IMG/VR virus record: IMGVR_UViG_3300047564_002095
Location: 1 to 29,552 of that record
Strand: one strand, 5' to 3'
DNA: 29,552 nucleotides
Origin: a virus
Taxonomy: Duplodnaviria > Caudoviricetes
Shown: positions 8,534 through 17,704 of the stretch, piece by piece
How the letters are laid out: each line of letters begins with the position of its first letter
Position numbering within the stretch: position 1 is the first letter of the stretch
Position numbers and translations under genes: made by a program
Notes under the pieces: generated by a model
What the model saw: only the letters and a program-made list of their open reading frames with translations
The model's database searches: none
What the model was told of the DNA's origin: nothing

Positions 8534-9688
8534 ATGGAAACACAAGAACCAATTTTTTACGATGGCAACCCACGAAATCCATTTGGTATGACACCATTTG
8601 GGTTTTTCGATAACGATTCTGAATTCGTATCAGATGCTCCACGGGCAGCTGAATTCGTGGCACGTAAGTTGGGGTATCCAGTTGTTGAAGTAGAATTAAC
8701 TGATAAACAAATTTATGCATGTTTTGAAGAAGCTATTACCACCTACGGTAATCAAGTCAATCAATTTAATGCACGTGAATATATGATGTCGTTACAAGGT
8801 GTGAGTACAGCAACATCTGCTACACAACGAAACATCATAGGAACTGCATTACCTCAATTAATTAAACTCGCAAATGATTATGGGGTAGAAGCCCAATCCG
8901 GTGGTAACGTGGAAATTAAGCGAGGATATATCTCTGCTTCAATTGGAACACAAAGTTATGATTTGAAGAAGTTGTGGGCAGACCCTTATGAAAGTGGGTC
9001 AGCAATTGAAATTCGTCGTATCTACCATTATATGCCACCAGCAGTCGCTCGTTACTATGACCCGTTCGCAACAACTGGTCTTGGGTTGACTAACTTGATG
9101 GCAGAATTTGGATTTGATGGATATTCACCACCAGTTACCTTCGTAATGATGCCAGCCTACGAAGATTTACTCCGTATTCAAGCAATTGAAATTAATGATA
9201 TGATTCGTAAGAGTCAATATGGATTTGAAGTATCAAACAACATTATTAAGTTCTCACCTGTATTCAAGAGAGATTCTGTTATTTATTTTGACTATAATGT
9301 GACAAAAGATAAGCAAGCAAATATATTCCAATCTGGGTCAAATGTAGCTAGTGATTTATCTAATGTCCCATATGAACATATCAATTATACAAAGACAAAT
9401 GATATGTCTCGTACGTGGATATTCCGATATACACTGGCATTGGCAAAAGAACTTCTTGGTATAATTCGTTCCAAGTTTGAAAACATTCCATATCCAGATG
9501 GACAAATTCGTTTAGACGGTGAAATTCTTCGTCGTGAAGCTGTTGCGGAAAAAGAAACATTGGTTAAAGAACTTCGAGAAACACTTGAAGAAACTGGTAT
9601 GCAAGCACAAATGAAAAAGCAAGCAGAAAATGCAAAAATGATGCAAGAAACATTTGCAAAGATACCAACACTTATTTACATAGGTTAA
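8534..9688 (+). CDS. neck / head-tail adaptor protein, T4 gp13-like
   Basis: N-terminal RKLGYPVVEVELTDKQIYACFEEA and C-terminal WIFRYTLALAKELLGIIRSKF...P.G...LDG resemble gp13. Position follows the capsid gene. Confidence 0.8.
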   Translation: METQEPIFYDGNPRNPFGMTPFGFFDNDSEFVSDAPRAAEFVARKLGYPVVEVELTDKQIYACFEEAITTYGNQVNQFNAREYMMSLQGVSTATSATQRNIIGTALPQLIKLANDYGVEAQSGGNVEIKRGYISASIGTQSYDLKKLWADPYESGSAIEIRRIYHYMPPAVARYYDPFATTGLGLTNLMAEFGFDGYSPPVTFVMMPAYEDLLRIQAIEINDMIRKSQYGFEVSNNIIKFSPVFKRDSVIYFDYNVTKDKQANIFQSGSNVASDLSNVPYEHINYTKTNDMSRTWIFRYTLALAKELLGIIRSKFENIPYPDGQIRLDGEILRREAVAEKETLVKELRETLEETGMQAQMKKQAENAKMMQETFAKIPTLIYIG

Positions 9689-9691
9689 TTA

Positions 9692-10150
9692 ATGGCACGC
9701 TTTGTTACTCAACGAGATTACGAATTTATACAACACATCACTCGGGAATTGATTGATGAAACAATGGATGTTGCCGTTGTGTTATATAAAATTGTGGTCG
9801 AATCTGCAAAGGTTAACATTTATGGAGAAAGTGTAGCAAAACCAAGATACACTCCAGTTAAAGTAAACGCAATTGTCAAATACGATAAAAACACTGCAGT
9901 AAGAGAAGAAGGATTCGGGTCAAATCAAGAGCAACAAACTGAATTCAGATTTGCTCGTCGTATGTTACAAGAGGTTAATACCTACCCAGAAATTGGTGAT
10001 GTTGTTGGATATAATAATCATTTCTATGAAATTCACAATATCACTGAAACACAACTTATCGCAGGTAAGCCAGGGTTTAATACCGCAATCATTTGTATGG
10101 CACATTTAACTCGTCGTACAAGTATTGATATTGAAGAGGCACAAGTATGA
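9692..10150 (+). CDS. putative head-closure/neck protein, gp14-like
   Basis: Lies between gp13-like and gp15-like genes. Motifs NIYGES and YPEIGDVVGYNNHFYEI fit a head-completion beta-barrel. Confidence 0.6.
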   Translation: MARFVTQRDYEFIQHITRELIDETMDVAVVLYKIVVESAKVNIYGESVAKPRYTPVKVNAIVKYDKNTAVREEGFGSNQEQQTEFRFARRMLQEVNTYPEIGDVVGYNNHFYEIHNITETQLIAGKPGFNTAIICMAHLTRRTSIDIEEAQV

Positions 10151-10944
10151 CCTTTGACCCAGAATATAAAGAACCTATAAATGTTGTTCGAGATGTACAA
10201 CAATCTACAGCGGTAGACAACAGAGCAAACGATACACAATTTGGTTCAAGTAAACCTATTGCTGTAACGTTGTACACAATAGATAATGCAATTCTACAAT
10301 ATATGAATGAGCGTATTAAACCTATTGTCACACAGAACGGTGTAGAGGTAAAGGTGCCTGTTATTTATGGTGATCCTGAACGATGGAAGTCGGCGCAACG
10401 AGATGGTGTCATGCGTGATTCAATTGGAAAAATTCAACTTCCAATGATTATGATTCGTCGTTCTGGTATGAAAAAGTCAGGCATCAATTCACCTGTCAAC
10501 AAATATCTTGAACGGACATTTGAAACGGGATGGAACAGACGAACTCCATATGACCAATTTGCGGTCAAAAACGGTATTACCCCAAGTCGTGAATATTTAG
10601 TCACCACGGTACCCGATTATTACGAAATCACATATCGTTGTTTAATTTGGACCGAATATATGGAACAAATGAATGCGGTAGTAGAAAACGTTTCATTCGA
10701 AACTGACCAATACTGGGGTGAACAAAATAACTATAAGTTCCGTACGTCGGTAAAATCATTTGAACCGCTTACTGAATTACCAACAACACAAGACAGAATA
10801 GTACGTACTCAATTCGATATGACGGTGTATGCATACCTCTTACCACAAGATGCACTGGACCGACACAATAACAGAGGAACTACCACTAAGGTACGATATT
10901 CTACTAAAAAAATGGTCACTTTTACTGAAATAGAAAGTGAATAA
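10147..10944 (+). CDS. putative tail terminator / sheath stabiliser, gp15-like
   Basis: Motifs KVPVIYGDPERW, IQLPMIMIRR, PDYYEITY and EQMNAVVE resemble gp15. ATGA overlap with the previous gene. Confidence 0.65.
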   Translation: MTFDPEYKEPINVVRDVQQSTAVDNRANDTQFGSSKPIAVTLYTIDNAILQYMNERIKPIVTQNGVEVKVPVIYGDPERWKSAQRDGVMRDSIGKIQLPMIMIRRSGMKKSGINSPVNKYLERTFETGWNRRTPYDQFAVKNGITPSREYLVTTVPDYYEITYRCLIWTEYMEQMNAVVENVSFETDQYWGEQNNYKFRTSVKSFEPLTELPTTQDRIVRTQFDMTVYAYLLPQDALDRHNNRGTTTKVRYSTKKMVTFTEIESE

Positions 10945-10968
10945 TTGATGTTTAGGTAAAAAAACAGA

Positions 10969-10976
10969 TATTTATA
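10969..10976 (+). promoter_or_regulatory. putative late-promoter motif upstream of the sheath operon
   Basis: gaTATTTATAat, about 30 nt before ATG 11008. Confidence 0.55.
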
Positions 10977-11007
10977 ATACGAGTTATATTGTATCAACGA
11001 GGTTATC

Positions 11008-11274
11008 ATGTCGTCTATTGGAACTGAAGATTTTAAAGAAATTACAGATTTACGAAATAAGTTGTCTACAATTGTTAATGAAGTCGGTCAATTTAGCTTA
11101 CAAATTGAATTATTACAGGCTGATATTGATGAATTAAAAAAGAAGGTTAGTGGTCACTCGTTGACTTTTAAAAAGTTGTTAGATGATGAACAATCGCTAG
11201 TCAATCGGTTATCTGAAAAGTATGGCGCTGGTCAAATCAACTTTGAAACTGGCGAATTCACACCAGAGAAATAA
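11008..11274 (+). CDS. small coiled-coil hypothetical protein
   Basis: GAGG ribosome-binding site. Heptad pattern, C-terminal EKYGAGQINFETGEF. Directly upstream of the sheath gene. Confidence 0.75.
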   Translation: MSSIGTEDFKEITDLRNKLSTIVNEVGQFSLQIELLQADIDELKKKVSGHSLTFKKLLDDEQSLVNRLSEKYGAGQINFETGEFTPEK

Positions 11275-11298
11275 CAAATTTAGTTTGGAGAATACCGT

Positions 11299-13599
11299 AT
11301 GGCAGAACGTATCGTGTCACCAGGCGTATTTACGCAAGAACGTGACCTCTCATTCCTCCCAGAAGGAATAGCTCAAATTGGAGCAGCTTTCGTGGGTCCA
11401 ACAGCAAAGGGGCCAGCATTTATTCCTACTACAGTACAAGGTATTGATGGGTTCGTAACAACGTTCGGTGAACCTACCGATACTTCATATGTTGGATTTG
11501 CGGCTAAGAATTATTTACAAGAAGCTGGCAGTTCAACTGTCGTTCGTGTGTTGGGATTAGGTGGATACAGTACCACCGTCGCAACACTTTACGCTACAGG
11601 TTCTGCCGGACGTAAGGTATTCGCAATTCTCCACGCAAATTCTGGAAGTAGTATGACTGGAGCATCAGTCACTACTCCACAAAATACAGCAAGTTTTGGA
11701 TTAGTACTTAGCAGTTCAGTAAGTGCTGTCGCTGTAACTGGATTAAGTGGATTAGAAAGTTCACCAGCATTTGTCAGTAAGTACTTTGGAACCAACCCAG
11801 TAGCAAGTGCAAATTACCCAGCATATGTTTACTCAGTGTTCCCAGATGCATTAACACAAGCTGGTGGTGGTGTTTCAATGTCAATCGAAACATCAAGTTT
11901 GAGTCTCCTTACTCAATATGATAATCCAACTACTCCTTGGATTCGTTCACAACCAATCGCAGGAACTAAGTATAATCTCTTCAAGGTTCACAGTTTAAGT
12001 GATGGTACTTCAGCAAATACTCAAGTTAAGATTTCAATCACTGGTATCTCACCAAGTACCGACCCAGATAGTGAATATGGTTCATTCTCACTTTTGGTTC
12101 GTGACTTCAATGATACCGATACTTCATTAAACGTTCTTGAACAATTCGATAACTTAAATCTTGACCCAAACAGTCCACAATATATTGCAAGAGTTATCGG
12201 AAACAGTGCACCAACTTACAACTCAAGTACTGGTGAAAACTACTACGAAGGTGACTATCAAAATCTTTCAAGATACATTCGTATCGAAATGAGTGATGAT
12301 GTCATTCCAGAAAATGCAGTACCATACGGATTCGCAGCATTGAATTCAGTATTCAGTTCAACTTCTGGTGAAGTAGTTAGTGGTTCATATGTAACCAGTC
12401 GTTGGTTAAGTGGCAGTGTAGCTGGTTGGAACGCAAACGCTGTAGATAAGAGATACTTCTATGGTTACAACGTAGAAGATACTACCAGTCTTTCATATCT
12501 TGCACCAATCGTTGGAAGTAACGTAGTAGGTACAGAATTCAACATCAGTGGTTCAGTCACCGCTGGTGAAGTAAATGGTACCGATGTCTCACTAACCAAT
12601 AGAACTCACGCAGCATATCGTAAGTTTACCGTACCAATGCAAGGTGGATTCGATGGATTCAACCCAGCACGTATCGTTCGTATGGGTGCAGGTATCACAG
12701 CAACCAACTCACAAGGATTTGACCTTTCAAATGCAACCGCATCTGGTTCAGTTGAATTTAAGAGAGCATTAAACCAACTCAGTAACCCAGATAGAATTGA
12801 CTTCAACCTCTTAGTAACACCTGGTGTAATCAATTCTCTCCACAGTTACATCGCAACAGAAGCTATCGACCTTTGTGAAACCCGTGGTGATTGTTTCTAC
12901 ATTCTTGACCTTGATACACAAGGCGCAACGATTGATTCAGTAACAGCTCAAGCAGAAGCACTCGATACCAACTATGCAGCTAGTTACTATCCTTGGGTTC
13001 GTGTAGTAGATACCACGACTAACAAGTTAATCTGGGCACCACCATCAGTGGTTCTTCCAGAAGTATATCAATATAGTGATAATGTTGGAGCAGAATGGTT
13101 CGCACCAGCAGGCTTAAACCGTGGTGGTATTCCAGGCGCAGTCGGTGTTAAGGTCAGATTAACACAAGCACAACGTGATGAATTGTACGAATCAAAGGTC
13201 AACCCAATCGCACAATTCCCAGGACAAGGTATCTGTGTTTGGGGACAAAAGACACTCCAACGCCGTTCATCAGCACTTGACCGTGTAAATGTCCGCCGTC
13301 TTCTTATCACTGTTAAGAAGTACATCGCAAGTTCAGCACGTTACTTGGTCTTCGAACAAAACACCGAAGCAACTCGTACACGTTTCTTGAACATTGTGAA
13401 CCCATATCTCGCAGGTATTCAACAACGTTCTGGTTTGACCGCATTCCGTGTGGTTATGGACGAAACCAATAATACACCAGATATTATTGACCGCAACATC
13501 TTGGCTGGAGCAATCTATCTCCAACCAACCCGTACCGCAGAATTCATCAAGTTGGATTTCAACATTCTCCCAACTGGTGCAACCTTCGATACCATCTAA
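11299..13599 (+). CDS. gp18: tail sheath protein, T4 gp18-like
   Basis: N-terminal IVSPGVFTQERDLS and AFVGPTAKGP. C-terminal YYPWV, WFAPAGLNRG, WGQKTLQ, LDRVNVRRLL, FEQN and QPTRTAEFI. Confidence 0.96.
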   Translation: MAERIVSPGVFTQERDLSFLPEGIAQIGAAFVGPTAKGPAFIPTTVQGIDGFVTTFGEPTDTSYVGFAAKNYLQEAGSSTVVRVLGLGGYSTTVATLYATGSAGRKVFAILHANSGSSMTGASVTTPQNTASFGLVLSSSVSAVAVTGLSGLESSPAFVSKYFGTNPVASANYPAYVYSVFPDALTQAGGGVSMSIETSSLSLLTQYDNPTTPWIRSQPIAGTKYNLFKVHSLSDGTSANTQVKISITGISPSTDPDSEYGSFSLLVRDFNDTDTSLNVLEQFDNLNLDPNSPQYIARVIGNSAPTYNSSTGENYYEGDYQNLSRYIRIEMSDDVIPENAVPYGFAALNSVFSSTSGEVVSGSYVTSRWLSGSVAGWNANAVDKRYFYGYNVEDTTSLSYLAPIVGSNVVGTEFNISGSVTAGEVNGTDVSLTNRTHAAYRKFTVPMQGGFDGFNPARIVRMGAGITATNSQGFDLSNATASGSVEFKRALNQLSNPDRIDFNLLVTPGVINSLHSYIATEAIDLCETRGDCFYILDLDTQGATIDSVTAQAEALDTNYAASYYPWVRVVDTTTNKLIWAPPSVVLPEVYQYSDNVGAEWFAPAGLNRGGIPGAVGVKVRLTQAQRDELYESKVNPIAQFPGQGICVWGQKTLQRRSSALDRVNVRRLLITVKKYIASSARYLVFEQNTEATRTRFLNIVNPYLAGIQQRSGLTAFRVVMDETNNTPDIIDRNILAGAIYLQPTRTAEFIKLDFNILPTGATFDTI

Positions 13600-13619
13600 T
13601 CAGTTTTTTCAATAACCAC

Positions 13620-13626
13620 TATTTAT
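13620..13626 (+). promoter_or_regulatory. putative late-promoter motif upstream of the tube gene
   Basis: cacTATTTATtta, about 30 nt before ATG 13658. Confidence 0.55.
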
Positions 13627-13657
13627 TTAAAGTACCAATCTATATCTGGAGAGCCAT

Positions 13658-14146
13658 ATGGCAAATTTGGTCAGTGAACAAGAACTATTTTTCACCGCTT
13701 TTGAACCAAAGACTCAAAATCGGTATATTATGTCAATCGACGGTATTCCTTCTTATTTAATTAAGAAAACCGATCGTCCAAAGATTACCCAAGAAAAGAA
13801 GCGTTTGGACCACATCAATCTCCAACGTTATGTTAAGGGTAAGACTGTATGGGATGAAATGACTGTCGATCTATACGATCCAATCGTTCCATCAGGCGCA
13901 CAAGCAGTGATGGAATGGGTACGTCTTCACCACGAATCAGTCACAGGTCGTGACGGATACGCAGAATTCTACAAGAAGGACATCATTATTAGTGTTCTTG
14001 GTCCAGTAGGCGATAAGGTTGAAGAATGGATTCTTAAGGGCGCACAAATTACCAAAGTTGAATTTGGTGAATTAAGTTGGGAAAAGGATGATCCCGCAGT
14101 AATCAGTCTTACAATCCAACCAGATTTCTGCATTCTTAACTACTAA
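13658..14146 (+). CDS. gp19: tail tube protein, T4 gp19-like
   Basis: 162 aa directly after the sheath gene. Motifs FEPKTQNRY, GKTVWDEMTVDLYDPI, QAVMEW, YKKDI and VEEWILKGA. GGAG ribosome-binding site. Confidence 0.9.
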   Translation: MANLVSEQELFFTAFEPKTQNRYIMSIDGIPSYLIKKTDRPKITQEKKRLDHINLQRYVKGKTVWDEMTVDLYDPIVPSGAQAVMEWVRLHHESVTGRDGYAEFYKKDIIISVLGPVGDKVEEWILKGAQITKVEFGELSWEKDDPAVISLTIQPDFCILNY

Positions 14147-14167
14147 GAATCAACGTATAGTATCAAC

Positions 14168-14198
14168 AAACCCCACTCAAAAAGTGGGGTTTTTTGTT
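14168..14198 (+). terminator. Rho-independent terminator after the tail tube gene
   Basis: AAACCCCACT-CAAAA-AGTGGGGTTT stem (14168-14192), with the T-run continuing as TTTGTT. Confidence 0.9.
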
Positions 14199-14217
14199 AT
14201 ATACCAATAATTTATGA

Positions 14218-14225
14218 TACTTATA
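14218..14225 (+). promoter_or_regulatory. variant late-promoter motif upstream of the fibre array
   Basis: gaTACTTATAg (one mismatch) after the tube terminator, about 27 nt before ATG 14253. Confidence 0.4.
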
Positions 14226-14252
14226 GAAAGGTGTATTTTTTCGAGGAAAACT

Positions 14253-14591
14253 ATGGCAGAAATTACTGAATTTAATATCGGTCAGGGAGAAACTTTCAAA
14301 ATCGCAGCGACCATAGAAAACGTAGATACTGGTGGATATTTAGATATCACCAATTATAGTTTCGATGGTCAAGTTCGTGAAAATTTTAATACCGATGAAG
14401 TAACCGCTACAATGGCCATTACGAAAATTGCTCCATTCGTTTCTGGCACCGTATTTATGGAATTAACTCCATCACAAACATTAGAATTTACACAACGTAA
14501 ATATGTGTACGATGTGAAGATGACCAGTGGGTCTATCTCTCGTCGTATCTTAGAAGGATATTTCGTAGTTCGTCCCGCTGTAACGAGATAA
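14253..14591 (+). CDS. small virion structural protein, BppU-N/Ig-like adaptor candidate
   Basis: GAGG before ATG 14253, preferred to 14214. Motifs FNIGQGETF, LDITNYSFDGQVR, LTPSQT, YVYDV and RILEGYFVV. Confidence 0.65.
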   Translation: MAEITEFNIGQGETFKIAATIENVDTGGYLDITNYSFDGQVRENFNTDEVTATMAITKIAPFVSGTVFMELTPSQTLEFTQRKYVYDVKMTSGSISRRILEGYFVVRPAVTR

Positions 14592-14594
14592 TAG

Positions 14595-16841
14595 ATGAGC
14601 GACTTCGATACCGGTATACCAAATATACGGGTTGTAGTTCGGGAACAAGATGATGAAATACTAGCGGTAGACATTCCTAGTATTACTGTTAAAATCCAAG
14701 ACGGTCCAGACTACAATGTGAATATTTCGCCAAGTACGAGAACAATCATTCGTACGGCGTCATTCTTTAATGTTGCCGATATTGCACTAACAGCAATATC
14801 TTCATCATATGCATTAACTGCTTCATACGCAGTAAACGCCGGTAGTGGTGGGTTTCCATTTAGTGGATCTGCGGTTATTACTGGGTCACTCCTCGTATCA
14901 CAAAGTGGATTAATAGTAACTGGTAGTGTTGGTATAACTGATAACTTAACAGTTGAAGGCACTATTAGTGCAGAGAAGTTATTAGTATCATCATCTATTA
15001 TATATGAATCTGGGTCTACCAAGTTTGGCGATTCACCGGAAGATACACACGAATTTACAGGATCTGTATTAGTACAAGGTCCAATTAGTGCATCAAGCAT
15101 TACCGGCTCAATATATTTTGAAACTGTAATGGAAAATCATGCATTCCAAATTCCATTTATCAGTGAATCAAAATTATCAATAGATACTGGACCACATTTA
15201 AGATTCAATCCTATTGCACATGATTTAATAATTAGCGGTGGTGTTGATGAATTTGCCGGAGTTGCATTCCTTAGCCCAAGAGGAATTAGTATTACCTCTG
15301 GAGCAAATGTTGGGTTTGCTGCGACAAATCACTATGGAGCATATACTCGACACGATGGCAGAGTAATAGGTATTGCGGCAAATGCATCTTCATCAACTCC
15401 ACGAATAGCAAATACTAATAATCCAGTTATCTTTATCACTAGTGGAAGTACACTTACTAGTGCATATGCACCAATAGAATTTCAAGGGTCTGGAAGTTAT
15501 ACTGATGGTCGAGTAACCATTAACACCCCACTTGTTGCAAAGCAGGGAGTACTGGTTACTGGTTCTGTAATCGCAGCTGAATTTACTGGGTCATTATACG
15601 GAACCGCGAGTGTAGCAGATGGTATTGATGTTATCTTTGCTGGTATATATGAAACTGGAAGTGGTGGATTTATTATCCCCACACCATCAGGTGGATTTAG
15701 TTTTGTTACCAGTGCAAGTTATGCGTTAACAGCTAGTTATGCACTAAACGCAAGTGGTGGGTCTGGTTCTCAAGGAGCACAAGGTCCAATTGGTCCACAA
15801 GGTGTGACTGGAGCAACGGGTACACAAGGTAACCAAGGCCCTGCAGGTAGCACTGGTCCGCAAGGTAATCAAGGACCAGCTGGTAATAACGGAGCTGCTG
15901 GTCCGCAGGGCAGCCAAGGACCATCTGGTACCGGTACACAAGGTAATCAAGGCCCACAAGGTAACCAAGGACCATCTGGTTTAGCATCATTACCAACTGG
16001 TGTGGTATCAAGTTCAGCTCAAATCGCTGCGTTTGGGTATGCAACAACTGGGTCAAATACATTTATTGGAACAGAAACTATTAGTGGTTCATTACTTACT
16101 AATGCTGACACATTAATATTTACTGGTTCTATATTTACATCGGGAAGTATTTCTGTAGTTGGTGGTACTATTACTGGTTCATTATTCGGTACAGCATCAG
16201 CCGCAACTAGTGCGTCGTATGCATTAACAGCCTCCTATGTGAGTGGTGCGGCCAGTACATGGGACTCAATATCAAATAAACCGTCTGGTATAGTATCATC
16301 ATCCACGCAGGTACTAAATTATAATGTATTCGCCACCACAGGGTCAAATGTATTTGTAGGAACTCAGATTATTACTGGCTCTCTTATTCACGGATTAGAG
16401 GGGAATATAGCAACCGGAGACAACTCCCATGCTGAAGGAAGTATTACTAAAGCAATAGGAAACTACTCCCACGCCGAAGGAGATAATACCCAAGCAAAAG
16501 GAGATTACTCACACGCTGAAGGTCAGGAAACCATAGCATCAGGCTCATATTCACATGCAGAGGGTTATCAAACAATAGCATTGGGTAATCATCAACACGT
16601 ACAGGGCCAATATAACGCTACATCATCAGTACCTTCCGCTTTTATTGTAGGTAATGGAACTGACGATAATAATAGAAGTAATCTTATATTCGCTGTAGGA
16701 AATGAAGTACAGATAACTGGTTCATTAAATGTAACACAAGGAATTACAGGGTCATTATTTGGAACCAGTAGTTGGGCAAATAATGCAATATCTTCTTCAT
16801 ACGCTGTAACCGCAAGTTATATTGATGGGGGATTCTATTAA
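14595..16841 (+). CDS. fibre-like virion protein with collagen segment and 14-aa beta-roll repeats
   Basis: Ser/Thr/Gly-rich. Gly-X-Y run at 15765-15986, SHAEG repeats at ~16400-16615, ends IDGGFY. Confidence 0.8.
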   Translation: MSDFDTGIPNIRVVVREQDDEILAVDIPSITVKIQDGPDYNVNISPSTRTIIRTASFFNVADIALTAISSSYALTASYAVNAGSGGFPFSGSAVITGSLLVSQSGLIVTGSVGITDNLTVEGTISAEKLLVSSSIIYESGSTKFGDSPEDTHEFTGSVLVQGPISASSITGSIYFETVMENHAFQIPFISESKLSIDTGPHLRFNPIAHDLIISGGVDEFAGVAFLSPRGISITSGANVGFAATNHYGAYTRHDGRVIGIAANASSSTPRIANTNNPVIFITSGSTLTSAYAPIEFQGSGSYTDGRVTINTPLVAKQGVLVTGSVIAAEFTGSLYGTASVADGIDVIFAGIYETGSGGFIIPTPSGGFSFVTSASYALTASYALNASGGSGSQGAQGPIGPQGVTGATGTQGNQGPAGSTGPQGNQGPAGNNGAAGPQGSQGPSGTGTQGNQGPQGNQGPSGLASLPTGVVSSSAQIAAFGYATTGSNTFIGTETISGSLLTNADTLIFTGSIFTSGSISVVGGTITGSLFGTASAATSASYALTASYVSGAASTWDSISNKPSGIVSSSTQVLNYNVFATTGSNVFVGTQIITGSLIHGLEGNIATGDNSHAEGSITKAIGNYSHAEGDNTQAKGDYSHAEGQETIASGSYSHAEGYQTIALGNHQHVQGQYNATSSVPSAFIVGNGTDDNNRSNLIFAVGNEVQITGSLNVTQGITGSLFGTSSWANNAISSSYAVTASYIDGGFY
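15765..15986 (+). repeat. collagen-like Gly-X-Y repeat
   Basis: [12 protein letters not shown]...GNQGPSGLA, about 24 triplets with one interruption (GT-GTQ). Confidence 0.9.
16400..16615 (+). repeat. 14-aa periodic SHAEG repeats, YadA-head-like beta-roll
   Basis: [10 protein letters not shown] / [12 protein letters not shown] / [12 protein letters not shown] / [12 protein letters not shown] / [12 protein letters not shown]. Confidence 0.8.
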
Positions 16842-17692
16842 TGCCATTGATATTACAAAATAATGGTGGTCAAGGTGGATTTGAATTAATTAATCAGTCA
16901 AATAGTGGTACGTTTGTTTTACAACAACGGGGAGTACCATATCAACAACTTGATATAATTGCAACATATCTTCGCAATTATATGGCAGATTTTAGAAATC
17001 CAAGTTTTTATACCTATCGATTAGACGGTAACGGATTTCAAATTCAAGACGGTGGATTTGATATGTACGACAATGGTAATATTACCTCACCGGCAATACG
17101 AGCAGGTAATATATATACAAGTTCGGCTGGGTACTCTGCGGCAGTATATCCATCAGCAAGTAATTATACACAAACTTCATCGGCAATTCTTGATGGTAAT
17201 TTTTATTATACAAGTTTGGGATATGTACAATTTGGTGTTACACAAAGTGCAACATTCCATCCCTTAACTGTAATCGGGTCACGAAGTACTCCAGGTCCAG
17301 TTGGTTGGCAAGTTGGTGGAAATTCTGGAGCAGATGGTGGGGGTACACTGGCAGCAGGAACTATTTATAGTGGAAGTGATGTAAGTGGATTCACCGTTCA
17401 CGCATATTACAGACAAACGTACAATGCCGGTGACCCATCCCACTGTACTGTAATTATGTTATTAGGACATCCAAATTGGAACTCGACATTTGGAACAATT
17501 GTTAGTGGGTCAGAACCTGTGACACTTGGAGGATGTGGTGTACGCTTCTTATCAAGTGGGTCAAATACAAATAATATTTTAGCAGTTAATACATTATTAA
17601 GTAAAGCAGCTGGAGCACAAGTAACTGCAGCAGAATGTAAGACCGTAGTAGACAATTTTGTTACTCGTATTAGAGAATCAGTCGGATTCTAG
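16841..17692 (+). CDS. hypothetical protein in the fibre array, probably structural
   Basis: 283-aa ORF coupled to the previous gene by TAATG. Rich in Gly/Ser/Tyr. No family recognised. Confidence 0.75.
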   Translation: MPLILQNNGGQGGFELINQSNSGTFVLQQRGVPYQQLDIIATYLRNYMADFRNPSFYTYRLDGNGFQIQDGGFDMYDNGNITSPAIRAGNIYTSSAGYSAAVYPSASNYTQTSSAILDGNFYYTSLGYVQFGVTQSATFHPLTVIGSRSTPGPVGWQVGGNSGADGGGTLAAGTIYSGSDVSGFTVHAYYRQTYNAGDPSHCTVIMLLGHPNWNSTFGTIVSGSEPVTLGGCGVRFLSSGSNTNNILAVNTLLSKAAGAQVTAAECKTVVDNFVTRIRESVGF

Positions 17693-17704
17693 TGAGATAG
17701 ATAC

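Noticed and set aside
10945-10978. Sigma70 promoter TTGATG...TATAAT
   Set aside because: The spacer is 22 nt, too long. The TATAAT overlaps the TATTTATA motif.
693-13599. Introns, inteins or homing endonucleases in portal, capsid or sheath
   Set aside because: The ORFs are continuous, with no intein splice motifs or LAGLIDADG/HNH/GIY-YIG signatures seen.
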